Shown: piece after piece, positions 30,332-39,808 of the stretch
How positions within the stretch are numbered: position 1 is the first letter of the stretch
Layout of the letters: each line of letters opens with the position of its first letter
IMG/VR virus record: IMGVR_UViG_3300021387_000090
Location: 64,001 to 128,000 of that record
DNA length: 64,000 nucleotides
Reading direction: 5' to 3' (one strand)
Source: a virus
Lineage: Duplodnaviria; Caudoviricetes
Program-made: the position numbers and the translations under genes
The notes under the pieces: model-generated
The model's input: the letters and a program-made list of their open reading frames with translations, nothing else
The model's database searches: none
Told to the model about the DNA's origin: nothing

Positions 30332-30532
30332 TCGGAACGACAGGAATCGAACCCGCAATCAAGTTATCAACTTGTAAGCCGTTTCAAACCTTTATTTTGA
30401 TACGAGGAATTAGTATCATTATCACGCTACCCTCGAATGGTTACAAGTCCTACGCTACCTTTTATAAGAACAAAGGGATGGTGATTAGCCAATTACATCT
30501 TCGTCCATGTCTTCCTATTCCATCACGTTCCG
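30332..30532 (-). ncRNA. tRNA scaffold with ~140 nt structured insert
   Basis: CGGAACG/CGTTCCG acceptor, ATG-GAATAGGAAGA-CAT D arm, GCGGG-TTCGATT-CCTGT T arm. Confidence 0.65.
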
Positions 30533-30591
30533 AAGTGAGAGATGGGTAATTACATCCCTTATTGGTAGTCTCTCATTCAGTTTTCTACCAC

Positions 30592-30663
30592 AGCTGAAGG
30601 TGGGACTCGAACCCATGACCCTTCGCTTGCAAGGCGAATGTTCTCCCACTGAACTACAAGCCC
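30592..30663 (-). tRNA. tRNA-Ala(UGC)-like with unpaired acceptor stem (pseudo-tRNA)
   Basis: Intact D, anticodon (TTCGC-CTTGCAA-GCGAA) and T arms. GGGCTTG versus CTTCAGC does not pair. Confidence 0.65.
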
Positions 30664-30773
30664 ATAAAAGTAGTTTTTTTATAGAAGATGCTACTAAACT
30701 TCTTGTTATCCTTGTTGCACTACCTATAATTTTAAATGCCCAATGGACCATACCTCCATTCGATAGGATAAAA

Positions 30774-30847
30774 TACTTCTAAAAGGATTTGAACCTTTAT
30801 TTCTATTGATAAAATAGAAAGTCTAACCGAACTTAACTTATAGAAGT
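30774..30847 (-). tRNA. Degenerate AT-rich tRNA-like element (nominal anticodon UAU)
   Basis: ACTTCTA/TAGAAGT acceptor, AGTT/GACT D stem, AAAGG-TTCAAAT-CCTTT T arm, atypical anticodon loop TTTATCA. Confidence 0.5.
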
Positions 30848-31074
30848 ACCAAATAATAAAAATCTTACTCAACGCCTAGACATTATTAAGGGGTCTGCGT
30901 TGCCTTCTTCCTTATCCTCATCCACTCCTCAGATTTTTATTAAATAAAATAATTAATTAATTAATTGAAGAGAAATCACACCTTTTTCTTCATATGGGGG
31001 TGTCTATTTAACATATAGATACGTTATCAGATATATCATTTCACTGATAAAAAGATTCACTTTGGGGAATCTAG

Positions 31075-31455
31075 TACGGGTAGTGGGACTTGAACCCACA
31101 CTCTCTTGCGAGAAACGGATTTTCTTACTACACTATGTCACCATAGCCATCTTAATGGATGTTGTAGTCTGGACTATGTTTTTACCATATCATTTCTGAC
31201 TTAGGTAGATGGTATATAGTCTCTACACATTTATAGATAGGGTTCGAGCGTCAATGATAACATGTTCATTCCGTCAGTCTCTCTTTTAAAAATAAACGAA
31301 CTAAAACGATTACTTCCCTATCTAATTTAGCTCGGCGTTCTCTTAGCCATTCACCGAATTAGCCATCTCCACTTATATCGTTTCCGATATAAGGCTCTCT
31401 TTTAATGTCTGCTAAGACGAAAGTCCGTTGCGTCTGCCTATTCCGCCATACCCGC
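31075..31455 (-). tRNA. tRNA-Leu(UAA) interrupted by a group I intron
   Basis: Exons 31455-31421 and 31123-31075 join to give ACGGA-CTTAAAA-TCCGT, a long variable arm and a T arm. Confidence 0.88.
31124..31420 (-). mobile_element. ORF-less group I intron (297 nt) in the tRNA-Leu anticodon
   Basis: Inserted after U34, ends in G. Core GAGACUA / UAGUCC (P7), AAUUCGGUGAA and GCCGAGCU (P4-P6 region). Confidence 0.85.
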
Positions 31456-31541
31456 ATATTATTTACTGCCCCAACTCTTCCCAAAGACAGTATGTCATGC
31501 CCATGATCCACGACTTCCATTTCACTTCATTATATTTAACC

Positions 31542-31835
31542 TCAATCCTCTTTCCTTTTCATTAGCCACATTGTAGGCTTGACTTTCTGAAAACCACATT
31601 TCTCATAAACGTGGATCGCTCTACTGTTATCATCATTTACCCACAAGCAGTTAATGTCATAATCCTTAATAAACTTTTCAACAATCTCTGTCCCGTACCC
31701 TTTTCCTTGATAAGGCTCATAAATAGTCAGCCGTGACAACATCTTACCCTTAAGGTCAACTTCGGCTTCACCTATTTTTACGTCATCATCAAATAATTCA
31801 AATTCTTGATACAGTTCGTTCGTTTTATATCTCAT
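31542..31835 (-). CDS. GNAT acetyltransferase
   Basis: YQGKGYG acetyl-CoA motif and N..AIHVYEKCGF. Confidence 0.85.
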   Translation of the reverse strand: MRYKTNELYQEFELFDDDVKIGEAEVDLKGKMLSRLTIYEPYQGKGYGTEIVEKFIKDYDINCLWVNDDNSRAIHVYEKCGFQKVKPTMWLMKRKED

Positions 31836-34800
31836 CGTCCCTCATCTCCCCCCGTATACGATGCAGGAAGTGGCATCCACGCAATTACATCTGCATTCAT
31901 GTACCAACTTTGACAATCACCATCACCATTCGTACATTCTTCGTACCAACCCTCTAAGCAATAGTAATCATCTAATTCTTCATTATATTCTTCACAACTA
32001 TCATCTGGTAAATCTGTCCACTTATCTTCAATCTTAATAGTAAATCTGGGAATCCAGCATCCAATAGTTTGAAAATATCTATATCCATCTGGCCACGCTT
32101 TACCACGACATTGCATAATAACTTTTACGTTAGGATCTGGCATTGTTTCTGGTGTGCAAGGAATCCATTTTTCTTCTGACAAATCGCATGGTTCTAACTG
32201 CTTTCTTGTTTCATAATGATAGCTTTCACACTCTTCCTTCCAACAATCTGTGTTACAATGATTAGTGTTTGAACGCTTAACTCCTAAATAACCCAAAATT
32301 ATGGCACGTTCATTAGGACACATATTCATATAAGCCATTTTTTCTGATAAAGCATCTGCTATCTTTTTCAGTTTATCTTCAAGGTCTACGGTGGGCAGAC
32401 TTCTCACGGTACTTGCGGTTGGATACTTGCCAGAGCGCCAACCATCTGACAACATCTTGATGACATCATCCTCGTTGATCGCTCTCATGCTTGTTCACCT
32501 TCTTCCCTCATATCAGCACCGCACATACAGCAAAATCTAGGTTTTTCATCATCATCAAACCATTGAATAGGATTTCCGCATATATTGCAATCTGCAATAT
32601 TATGACCGTTATCATTTCGGTGATTTATCCATTGCCCCTTTTTCCGATTTAGTTCATAGACAGGCGCTTTCTCAATCGCATTATTTAACTTTTCCCATAG
32701 CCAACCAGCATCTATAGGCAGACCAGCAACAGACATTACTTCTACGGCATTACACATATCATTGTATAGCACCTCTGCATCAATCAACCACATCACGCTC
32801 ACCTTCTTCCATCTTTGCGCCACAGTTCGGGCAGTAGTTTGAAGTTTGACTATCTGCCCACCAGCTGTAAACACTCCTGCATTCGCTGCATTTATAGCAG
32901 TCTCCGATAAATATCCACTTCCCTTTCTTTCGCTCTGGTTCAACTTCTATAGATACGTGTCTACCGTCAATAGAAACTCTGTACAAACCGCTCTTACGAA
33001 ACACAATTCCATATCCCACATCGAAAGTAGTATAAGTATATGTCTTGTTTTCAAACGTTATCGGCTCATCAACACCAACCGATATAGGCTCTCCACCTAC
33101 AAATTCAGCCATTCTACTCACCTTCTCTCCTATATGGCTCTGGCAGTGGCATCCATGCAATCACATAACTATTACAACGCCCAAGCACATCACTTACAAA
33201 CGCAGGATTTTCATGATAATGTGGATTTCCAAGCGTATATTCCATGATGGTTATACAGTCTTCTGTTTGCACTAAATAGTGTCCACCCTTTTTTGGCGGC
33301 CTCTCACTACACGGAATCCACCGCTGCTCTGGCTGTGCGGACGGAATCTTATCCAGATCGCATTTGACAGTTGTCAAAGCACAGTTAAAACCATTCGAGT
33401 GCATCCAATGCCCAAATTGTGAAATATCAGGATCGTCCATATAAGCTATGAATTTTCCGTGCGCTTCATACGCATCTGGATTTGTGTTGACCGTTTCTTT
33501 TCGGAGACAGTATTCAACGGCACTTCTCGGGATCGTGTCTTTTGTAAAGTCATCCATCACTTGTCACCTTCTTCCCTATACGGTTCTGGCAATGCACCGT
33601 CTTTGTACATCCACCAGTAGACACTCTTATATGTATTTTTCTTCCACTGCCACCGATGAATGTTTTCTTCGCCATTGATGTGACCGAAGCCTCTGTATGT
33701 TCCGAAGTCCCATGTGCCTTTTAACCCCTTGACAATAACCACTTTGCCTTCTTCGGGTAGCGTGTCTTTTGTCACCGGAATCCACCGATGTTCTGGCTGT
33801 GCGGATGACACATCATCAAGACAGTCAACACATTTGTCGTGGAAGTCAGAAAAAGATTCCCCATCTTCCCATATAACCCTTGCTACCTTCAGTTTTGCCG
33901 CCTGTCTACTAATAGCATCATCTTTCATAATGATCCTCTATCCTTCTTTTGCAACGTGTACATGGAGATGGATATCCGTATTCAACTTCATTTTCCCATT
34001 TACCCAAGTGCTTACATCCTTCACAGGTTTCTAGCTGTGCGGTAGGCATATCCTTGATAGTTTGCTCAATCCTTATCATATTCCAACATCCAATATCCAT
34101 CAGCACGATTTATATTTTTATTGAGCAATTCGTCAGCGTCTATTGGCCTCATTCTTCGCCCTCCTGTCTAATGTATCCGCAATTCGTGACAGCTGATACG
34201 CGATATTTCTCAAATCTGTATGGTAATCGTGTCCATTCGGAATGCTCAGTATTATCGCCAAAGATACCATCGCACCAGCAATGAATATCATCCCCTCCAC
34301 TTCTGTTCACCTTCTTCTCTGTACGGCTCTGGCAGTGGCATCCATGCTAATACTGCTTTGTTTGTAAGTGCGCCAAATTCTGACCACCATTCAATCTTTC
34401 CGCTTCTTGGATCAGCAGACCTTTTTGCTTTGATTACCTTCTGTTCGTAACCTTTAATTTTAAAAGGCTCCTTAGTGATAAGCACATCATGTCCTTCTTC
34501 AGGCAACCTTTCAGCACATGGAATCCACCGCTGTTTCGGCGTGACGAACGGTAATTCATTTAACGCCTTACAAATTTCATCTGTATACAAAAATTCCGCA
34601 TGATTTGGTCTATCCAGAATTTCCATCAGTGCATCAATTGCCGCATTTCTGCTCACCGCATTCTCGCACGTTTCTGGCTGTTCCTCTTCGCACAATTTCA
34701 GAAAATCAAGCTTCGACTTCTCTTTTATGTCCAATGTCCCCAATTCGTGTGTATAAACTGGTCTGTCATACAGTTCATCGAGATATTGATAAAACACATC

Positions 34801-35269
34801 TAACTTTTTGCCTTCAAGCATACAGATCCCAGTATGTGCCATAACGATGGCCTTTTCTCTATCAGTCATTTGACACCTTCTTCCCAGTATGGTTGTTGTA
34901 CACTAACGAAATAACCGCTTCCATTATATCACCGACCGTATCCTGAAAAATTGGATGATCGATTTCGCAACCCCAGATGTGACCAAACATATCCTGTAAC
35001 TCATTTTCAAATTCTTCTCGTGTTAATCGTGCGGATGGTAGTTCAGATAATATATCCTCTATGCTAGAAGATATAGTTTGACCATCACTTTTAAAATCAA
35101 GAATTGCATCATAATTTTTATGTACTGCATCAATTGCCTCTTGTAAATAGATCGTATCATCCATTCGATCTATCTTCTCTGTATGTTTCATTGTATCTAC
35201 GACTCCATACCTTGTTTTAGGCTCAAGAGCAATAATGGGCGCTTGGAAATATCCGTCATCACCGTGCAA
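31832..35269 (-). repeat. Array of small modular paralogous ORFs (DUF551-like WIP...AWMPLPEPY modules, ISRxAAI and zinc-ribbon modules)
   Basis: ORFs 31832-32488, 33114-33560, 33557-33928 and 34288-34869 share motifs. DNA repeat ggctctggcagtggcatccatgc at ~33136 and ~34325. Confidence 0.75.
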
Positions 35270-36485
35270 AAAATTTTTTTTGCTATATTGATCACCTTTT
35301 TCTTTCCCCTCTTAATAACTATCCCCAACTCTGTATTTCCAAATCACGGTTTTATAAAAATCCCAATTGGTTTTTACCATTTCTAATGAAACTGTTCTCC
35401 AAGAAACACCATGTTGCGATTCATTATGTTCTCGTTCCATAATATCAGTAATTTCTTTTACGATTTTCATCGCTTCTTCATCAGAATTTACATCATAAAT
35501 TGTAAACTCAAACCCAAACCCATTATCAATTCCTTTATAATAAATATCTATATTATCATTTACTTTAATTCGTAATTCTATAGGTATTGTTAAATCTTTA
35601 GGAATATAAAATTTAATAGCACTCATTGTTTACCTCAAATTCTCATTGTACACTATTTCATCATTGGTAATAATAGATCTTACCATCCAATCATAACCAC
35701 AAAAACCACGATTAGATTTTCTTAATTTATTCGCTTCTTTAGCATCAATAATTCTACAAGTAATACAAGCAGTCCATCCATCGTTCCATCCATAATAAAA
35801 TGATTTTCCATTTAATTCTTCACATCTTTTTTTACCAATCTGTCTATCTGTCTTAGTAATGATATGAATATCTTTTTCCCCAGACCATCTACCATTCCAA
35901 CTACCACAATTAGGCATTGATAATTCAAAACAAAGAATCATTTCTTCTCCTCATATGTCTCAATTGTTGTACCATAATAGTGCTTATCAGGATATGATCT
36001 TTCCACAATGATATGATAATCAGTAATATCATCTTTTACGAAACTATGAACCATTAAAAGATCATCACGGTCTAAGAAGAATATACAATGTTTTACAATC
36101 CACCAAAGTATTTTACTCATCATCTATCTCCGTCATTTTTGCACCACAATAGGGGCATTCCTTTTCTAATGGCTTTGGATGTTCTACACCATAACATCTA
36201 CCATTACCACAATGAGTACATTCATAATATGGATCACCACCCGGAGTACATACACCACGGATTCGAATCCATTTCGCTTTCAAATCAGATTCAACAATAG
36301 GACAGGAATCAGGACAAGCAATATATAATCCAGAGTGCGCACTAATTAATTCCTTTGTTACTGCACATTGAATAGAGTCATCAAACGGATTCCATTTTGC
36401 TAAATAGCACATATCACACGAAGATGGTTTGTCTAATCCTCTTATAAAAACTGACATTATATAACTCCTTTCCTGTTGTAGTAAA

Positions 36486-36559
36486 TTGGGAATGTGAGAT
36501 TCGGACTCACGACACACGGCTTATAAGGCCGCCGCTCTAACCGACTGAGCTAATTCCCA
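36486..36559 (-). tRNA. tRNA-Ile(UAU)
   Basis: TGGGAAT/ATTCCCA acceptor, GCGGC-CTTATAA-GCCGT, T loop TCCGAAT. Confidence 0.82.
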
Positions 36560-36560
36560 C

Positions 36561-36651
36561 TGGCGGGGCCTGAAGGATTTGAACCATCGCACGACTTTCA
36601 TCGCCTAGCTGATTTCAAGTCAGCCCTCTTCAACCACTTGAGTAAGACCCC
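36561..36651 (-). tRNA. tRNA-Ser(UGA)
   Basis: GCTGA-CTTGAAA-TCAGC, long variable arm, encoded GCCA end. Confidence 0.9.
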
Positions 36652-36655
36652 AGAA

Positions 36656-36728
36656 TTGCCAACCGTGGAATTGAACCACGACCTCTTCCGTTATAGCTGG
36701 AGTGTGCTATCCTTTACACCAATTGGCG
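36656..36728 (-). tRNA. tRNA-like element with irregular anticodon arm (undetermined)
   Basis: GCCAAT/GTTGGC acceptor, GTGT/GCAC D arm, CGTGG-TTCAATT-CCACG T arm, poorly paired anticodon stem. Confidence 0.55.
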
Positions 36729-36860
36729 TTTGCCTTCCATATCCTCACAACTGTTCGTGTGTTGATCAGACACAACCCTCGTACCTACACTCTTGCTAAA
36801 ACCCGCCTTGTTGACTCTACTTTTTGAAAGGCACTATAATAAAGGATCCTTATTAACTAA

Positions 36861-37385
36861 TTAAGGCCATTCACCTAATGGCTTACCTACATTAGCCACA
36901 TCAGTACAGAAATGCACTGGAATATTTTCAAATATTTCTTTTGCAATATCCTGATACAAAGTGGATCTCATTCCATTAATATCACCAAGATTGTCATTAT
37001 AATACTGAACCACCTGATTCCTAAATACAACAAAATCCATTTGCATTGCATAAGGATTATCTACCGAATGAAAATAAGATACAATAGGATTATTCTTAAA
37101 AGCTGCCTGAATAAGTTCAAATGGACTCATTTCATTTGTGGGATTAGCAGGAATAACAATAATCTTAATACAAACATTTCCGAAATATTTCTCAGAGGGG
37201 AGAAGCTGTGTTAATGCATCTGCTTTTTCACTACCAGTCACATACAACTTGATCTCATCTGTATTTTCATTAAAAACAATTTTAATATCAGGATCTTCCT
37301 TAAACAACTCTTCTAACTCGTTATAATACTCACACCAAGGTGGTGACAAATTCAATTCATTACTATTTCTAACTTCTTCGTCCAT
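36861..37385 (-). CDS. Hypothetical phage protein within the tRNA cluster
   Basis: ORF track with SD (AAGGAG). Confidence 0.65.
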   Translation of the reverse strand: MDEEVRNSNELNLSPPWCEYYNELEELFKEDPDIKIVFNENTDEIKLYVTGSEKADALTQLLPSEKYFGNVCIKIIVIPANPTNEMSPFELIQAAFKNNPIVSYFHSVDNPYAMQMDFVVFRNQVVQYYNDNLGDINGMRSTLYQDIAKEIFENIPVHFCTDVANVGKPLGEWP

Positions 37386-37489
37386 AGTTTTTAATCTCCT
37401 TACTTATTATTTAAACCATAACTCTATTTATCTTTGCGGTTATTTGTCGTTTGGTGGAAATCATTTTCTTTTTTTGAGTCATGATTTAG

Positions 37490-37562
37490 AGCCGCCAGAG
37501 GGACTTGAACCCCCAACCTGCTGATTACAAATCAGCTGCTCTACCAATTGAGCCATGACGGC
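37490..37562 (-). tRNA. tRNA-Thr(UGU)
   Basis: GCCGTCA/TGGCGGC acceptor, GCTGA-TTTGTAA-TCAGC, canonical D and T arms. Confidence 0.92.
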
Positions 37563-37617
37563 AAATGGATGGCCTGATTACCCATCCTGCAGCAGTTTGC
37601 TCCTGCTTGCCAAGTTA

Positions 37618-37713
37618 AAGCTGAGAATAATAAAACGAGTTTATATAATACAACACCCATCATCAAAAAAACTTACCTACTTGTTAGAAGTAACTCGTTT
37701 TCCGCTTCAGCTT
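37618..37713 (-). ncRNA. Y-RNA-like element 1 (D-arm-like insert only)
   Basis: AAGCTGAAGCGG-AAAACGAGTTACTTC...AACTCGTTTT-ATTATTCTCAGCTT terminal helix. Confidence 0.75.
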
Positions 37714-37733
37714 ATCTGAAAGGACTTTTTATC

Positions 37734-37839
37734 AACCGAGAATATTTGAAGAGTTCATATGGGATTCGAACCCACTTAGTTAGATTTACAGTCTAGTGAT
37801 AAACCAAATATCGAAGTAACTCTTCAGGCCGCTTCGGTT
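37734..37839 (-). ncRNA. Y-RNA-like element 2 with D, anticodon (GUA, Tyr) and T arms
   Basis: Conserved helix enclosing GATA/TATC D arm, CTAGA-CTGTAAA-TCTAA and GTGGG-TTCGAAT-CCCAT. Confidence 0.8.
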
Positions 37840-37857
37840 ATATTAATATTCATGTTA

Positions 37858-37971
37858 ATAGCCGAGAATAATGATAGGGTTTTATACCTTGGGATTCGAA
37901 CCCAAATAATCCAATTACCAATTAGAAGCATTACCATTATGCGAAGTAACCCTAACAACCGCTTCAGCTAT
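37858..37971 (-). ncRNA. Y-RNA-like element 3 with D, anticodon (GGU, Thr) and T arms
   Basis: Conserved helix enclosing GCAT/ATGC D arm, TCTAA-TTGGTAA-TTGGA and TTGGG-TTCGAAT-CCCAA. Confidence 0.8.
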
Positions 37972-37987
37972 ATAATTTATCATCATA

Positions 37988-38120
37988 ATAGACGAGAATA
38001 AGATAACAGTTTTTTAGTATCTTTCAATTGGAATCGAACCAATAATAGTTTTCTTAAAAGGAAAATGACTTAACCGTTTGTCTATAAAAGAGAAGTAACT
38101 GTTATAACCGCTTCGCCTAT
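37988..38120 (-). ncRNA. Y-RNA-like element 4 enclosing a complete tRNA-Lys(UUU)-like cloverleaf (38019-38091)
   Basis: GGCGAAGCGG...GTTACTTC, then TCTTTTA/TGAAAGA acceptor, D arm, TTTTC-CTTTTAA-GAAAA, ATTGG-TTCGATT-CCAAT, then AACTGTTAT-CTTATTCTCGTC. Confidence 0.8.
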
Positions 38121-38126
38121 ATTTTA

Positions 38127-39791
38127 TTACTGTTTATTTCGTTTTCTATTATCTTTTTCTTGATCTTTCTGATCCCATAACTTGATCATAGCATCAGCAA
38201 AAACAAGTTCTTTACCAGTCCAACCATACATAATGTTTGTTCTATATCCGTATTCAGGAACCAATACATTACTGTATCCCGCAGTTTGTACACAGAACAC
38301 ATTTACTTTAGGATTAACTTTGTTTCTGTATTCCTGAATAAGTTTGGCTACATCAATGTAAGTTATTCCACAGCAAAAACCAGCTTCTCTATATTCACGC
38401 TCACCTTGAAGTGTTCCATAAAGCCCACCATGACCAGCTTGCATATCTGAATAGATAAAGATATTATCCCAATGTTCTTTCTTTTTGATGGCGTCTCTAA
38501 AGAAAATCCAAACACCATTTTCTGTACCGCCACCGACATCTCTACTCCGTCCACTGGTAATTTTTTCAGCCTGTGTTAATACACCATTCCGTTTGGAAAT
38601 GGGCGTAATAATTAACTCATCCCCAAACTTACCAACATACCCCTCGTCGCTATTCTTGGCAGTAATAACAGAACTTAGATTATCAATCTCCGCAACAGTC
38701 ACGCTACCATACTCAGAATTAAAAGCGCCCCATGCAGATCCGCTATTATCAGAAAGACACATTGTCTTACCTTTTAGCTTCGGCATATTATCACAAGCAA
38801 TATCAATACATTCTTCCAAAGCATCAAGTACTATGGGCTTATGATATATGTCTGCCTTTTCAAGCATTTTATATGCAGACCAATAACGGAAAGGGAACTG
38901 CTTTCCATTGATTACACCTTTCTTCAGATAATCAAGGATTCTTTTACATAAATCAGCATCCAAAATCTCTGTAAAGATATTCCTTAAATTACGAAGGAGG
39001 CTCATGTGATTAAGAACTTTGGCATCCCAAATCTCTCTCCAAGTTTTTCCTGCGGATTTTAATCTTTCCCACGTTGACTCATTATCTTCTACTTTAATTG
39101 TACCAGTGGTCATTAATTCATCAATCACTGAATTATTTGCATGACAAATTCTTACGGTATCAATCATGCCCACGTTTGCGTTTTTATATTTCGCCAGTTC
39201 ATATCTGGTTCCATTCTTCAAACGCTTTGCCCAAGATCTTTTTAAAATAGAAGGAATATGATTCTTCTTTCCGTTTCTATACAGCCAATAAGTAAGCTGA
39301 GAACTAGGTTCGTCTGCTCTACTCATTACCTGATAATTAATTTCAGAGAAAAGACCGGGATGTTCTTCGTCAAACTGTACTCTCTTTGGATGCATTGCAG
39401 CACGAACCATAATCACTTGCGGATTCAACCGCATATAATAATCTTTTCGTAATTCCAAAGCCCAACGAATGGTAGCTTCAAAATCTGCATCCAGAGCGTC
39501 ATCAATAACTGTTTCCATTACTTCAGAAGTCTTTTTACCATTCCACTGATCACCAATTACAGCATAATCAGCAAAGGTTCTATTCAATGTAAAAATACCA
39601 TCAAGGACTCCTTTTTGGGCAAATTCACCAGTTCTATAATACTGAGGTTCGCCCATGATCGAGGATGCTGTAACCATTTTCATTGTTTCCACGGGAGAAA
39701 GTCCATAAGATATACCCCCCATATAATTGGTTTGGGCCTTTTTTGTTTCTGTAGTTCTCTTTTCTGTTACCGCTCTAGCCATTCTACTCAT
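38127..39791 (-). CDS. rsr: Ro60/Rsr TROVE-domain RNA-binding protein with C-terminal vWA
   Basis: N-terminal NYMGG, helical TROVE (SLLRNLRN, QFPFRY.SAY), MIDAS DNSGS, GGT, IYSDMQ, GW at the C-terminus. Confidence 0.9.
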   Translation of the reverse strand: MSRMARAVTEKRTTETKKAQTNYMGGISYGLSPVETMKMVTASSIMGEPQYYRTGEFAQKGVLDGIFTLNRTFADYAVIGDQWNGKKTSEVMETVIDDALDADFEATIRWALELRKDYYMRLNPQVIMVRAAMHPKRVQFDEEHPGLFSEINYQVMSRADEPSSQLTYWLYRNGKKNHIPSILKRSWAKRLKNGTRYELAKYKNANVGMIDTVRICHANNSVIDELMTTGTIKVEDNESTWERLKSAGKTWREIWDAKVLNHMSLLRNLRNIFTEILDADLCKRILDYLKKGVINGKQFPFRYWSAYKMLEKADIYHKPIVLDALEECIDIACDNMPKLKGKTMCLSDNSGSAWGAFNSEYGSVTVAEIDNLSSVITAKNSDEGYVGKFGDELIITPISKRNGVLTQAEKITSGRSRDVGGGTENGVWIFFRDAIKKKEHWDNIFIYSDMQAGHGGLYGTLQGEREYREAGFCCGITYIDVAKLIQEYRNKVNPKVNVFCVQTAGYSNVLVPEYGYRTNIMYGWTGKELVFADAMIKLWDQKDQEKDNRKRNKQ

Positions 39792-39808
39792 ATTATTTTC
39801 TCCTTTTA

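Noticed and set aside
30332-30532. tmRNA
   Set aside because: Too short, has a real D stem, lacks the G3-U70 alanine determinant, and shows no evident tag ORF.
31832-35269. Diversity-generating retroelement
   Set aside because: No reverse transcriptase, and the repeats are short microhomologies without adenine-specific TR/VR mismatches.
36656-36728. Amber suppressor tRNA (CUA) / recoded genome
   Set aside because: CTA is not positioned after a U33 in a proper 7-nt loop, and long genes read intact in the standard code, some ending in TAG.
37618-38120. CRISPR array
   Set aside because: The units are self-complementary ~100-130 nt structures with variable stems and tRNA arms, not identical direct repeats with spacers. 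No cas operon is present, and the PD-(D/E)XK nuclease sits in the replication module.
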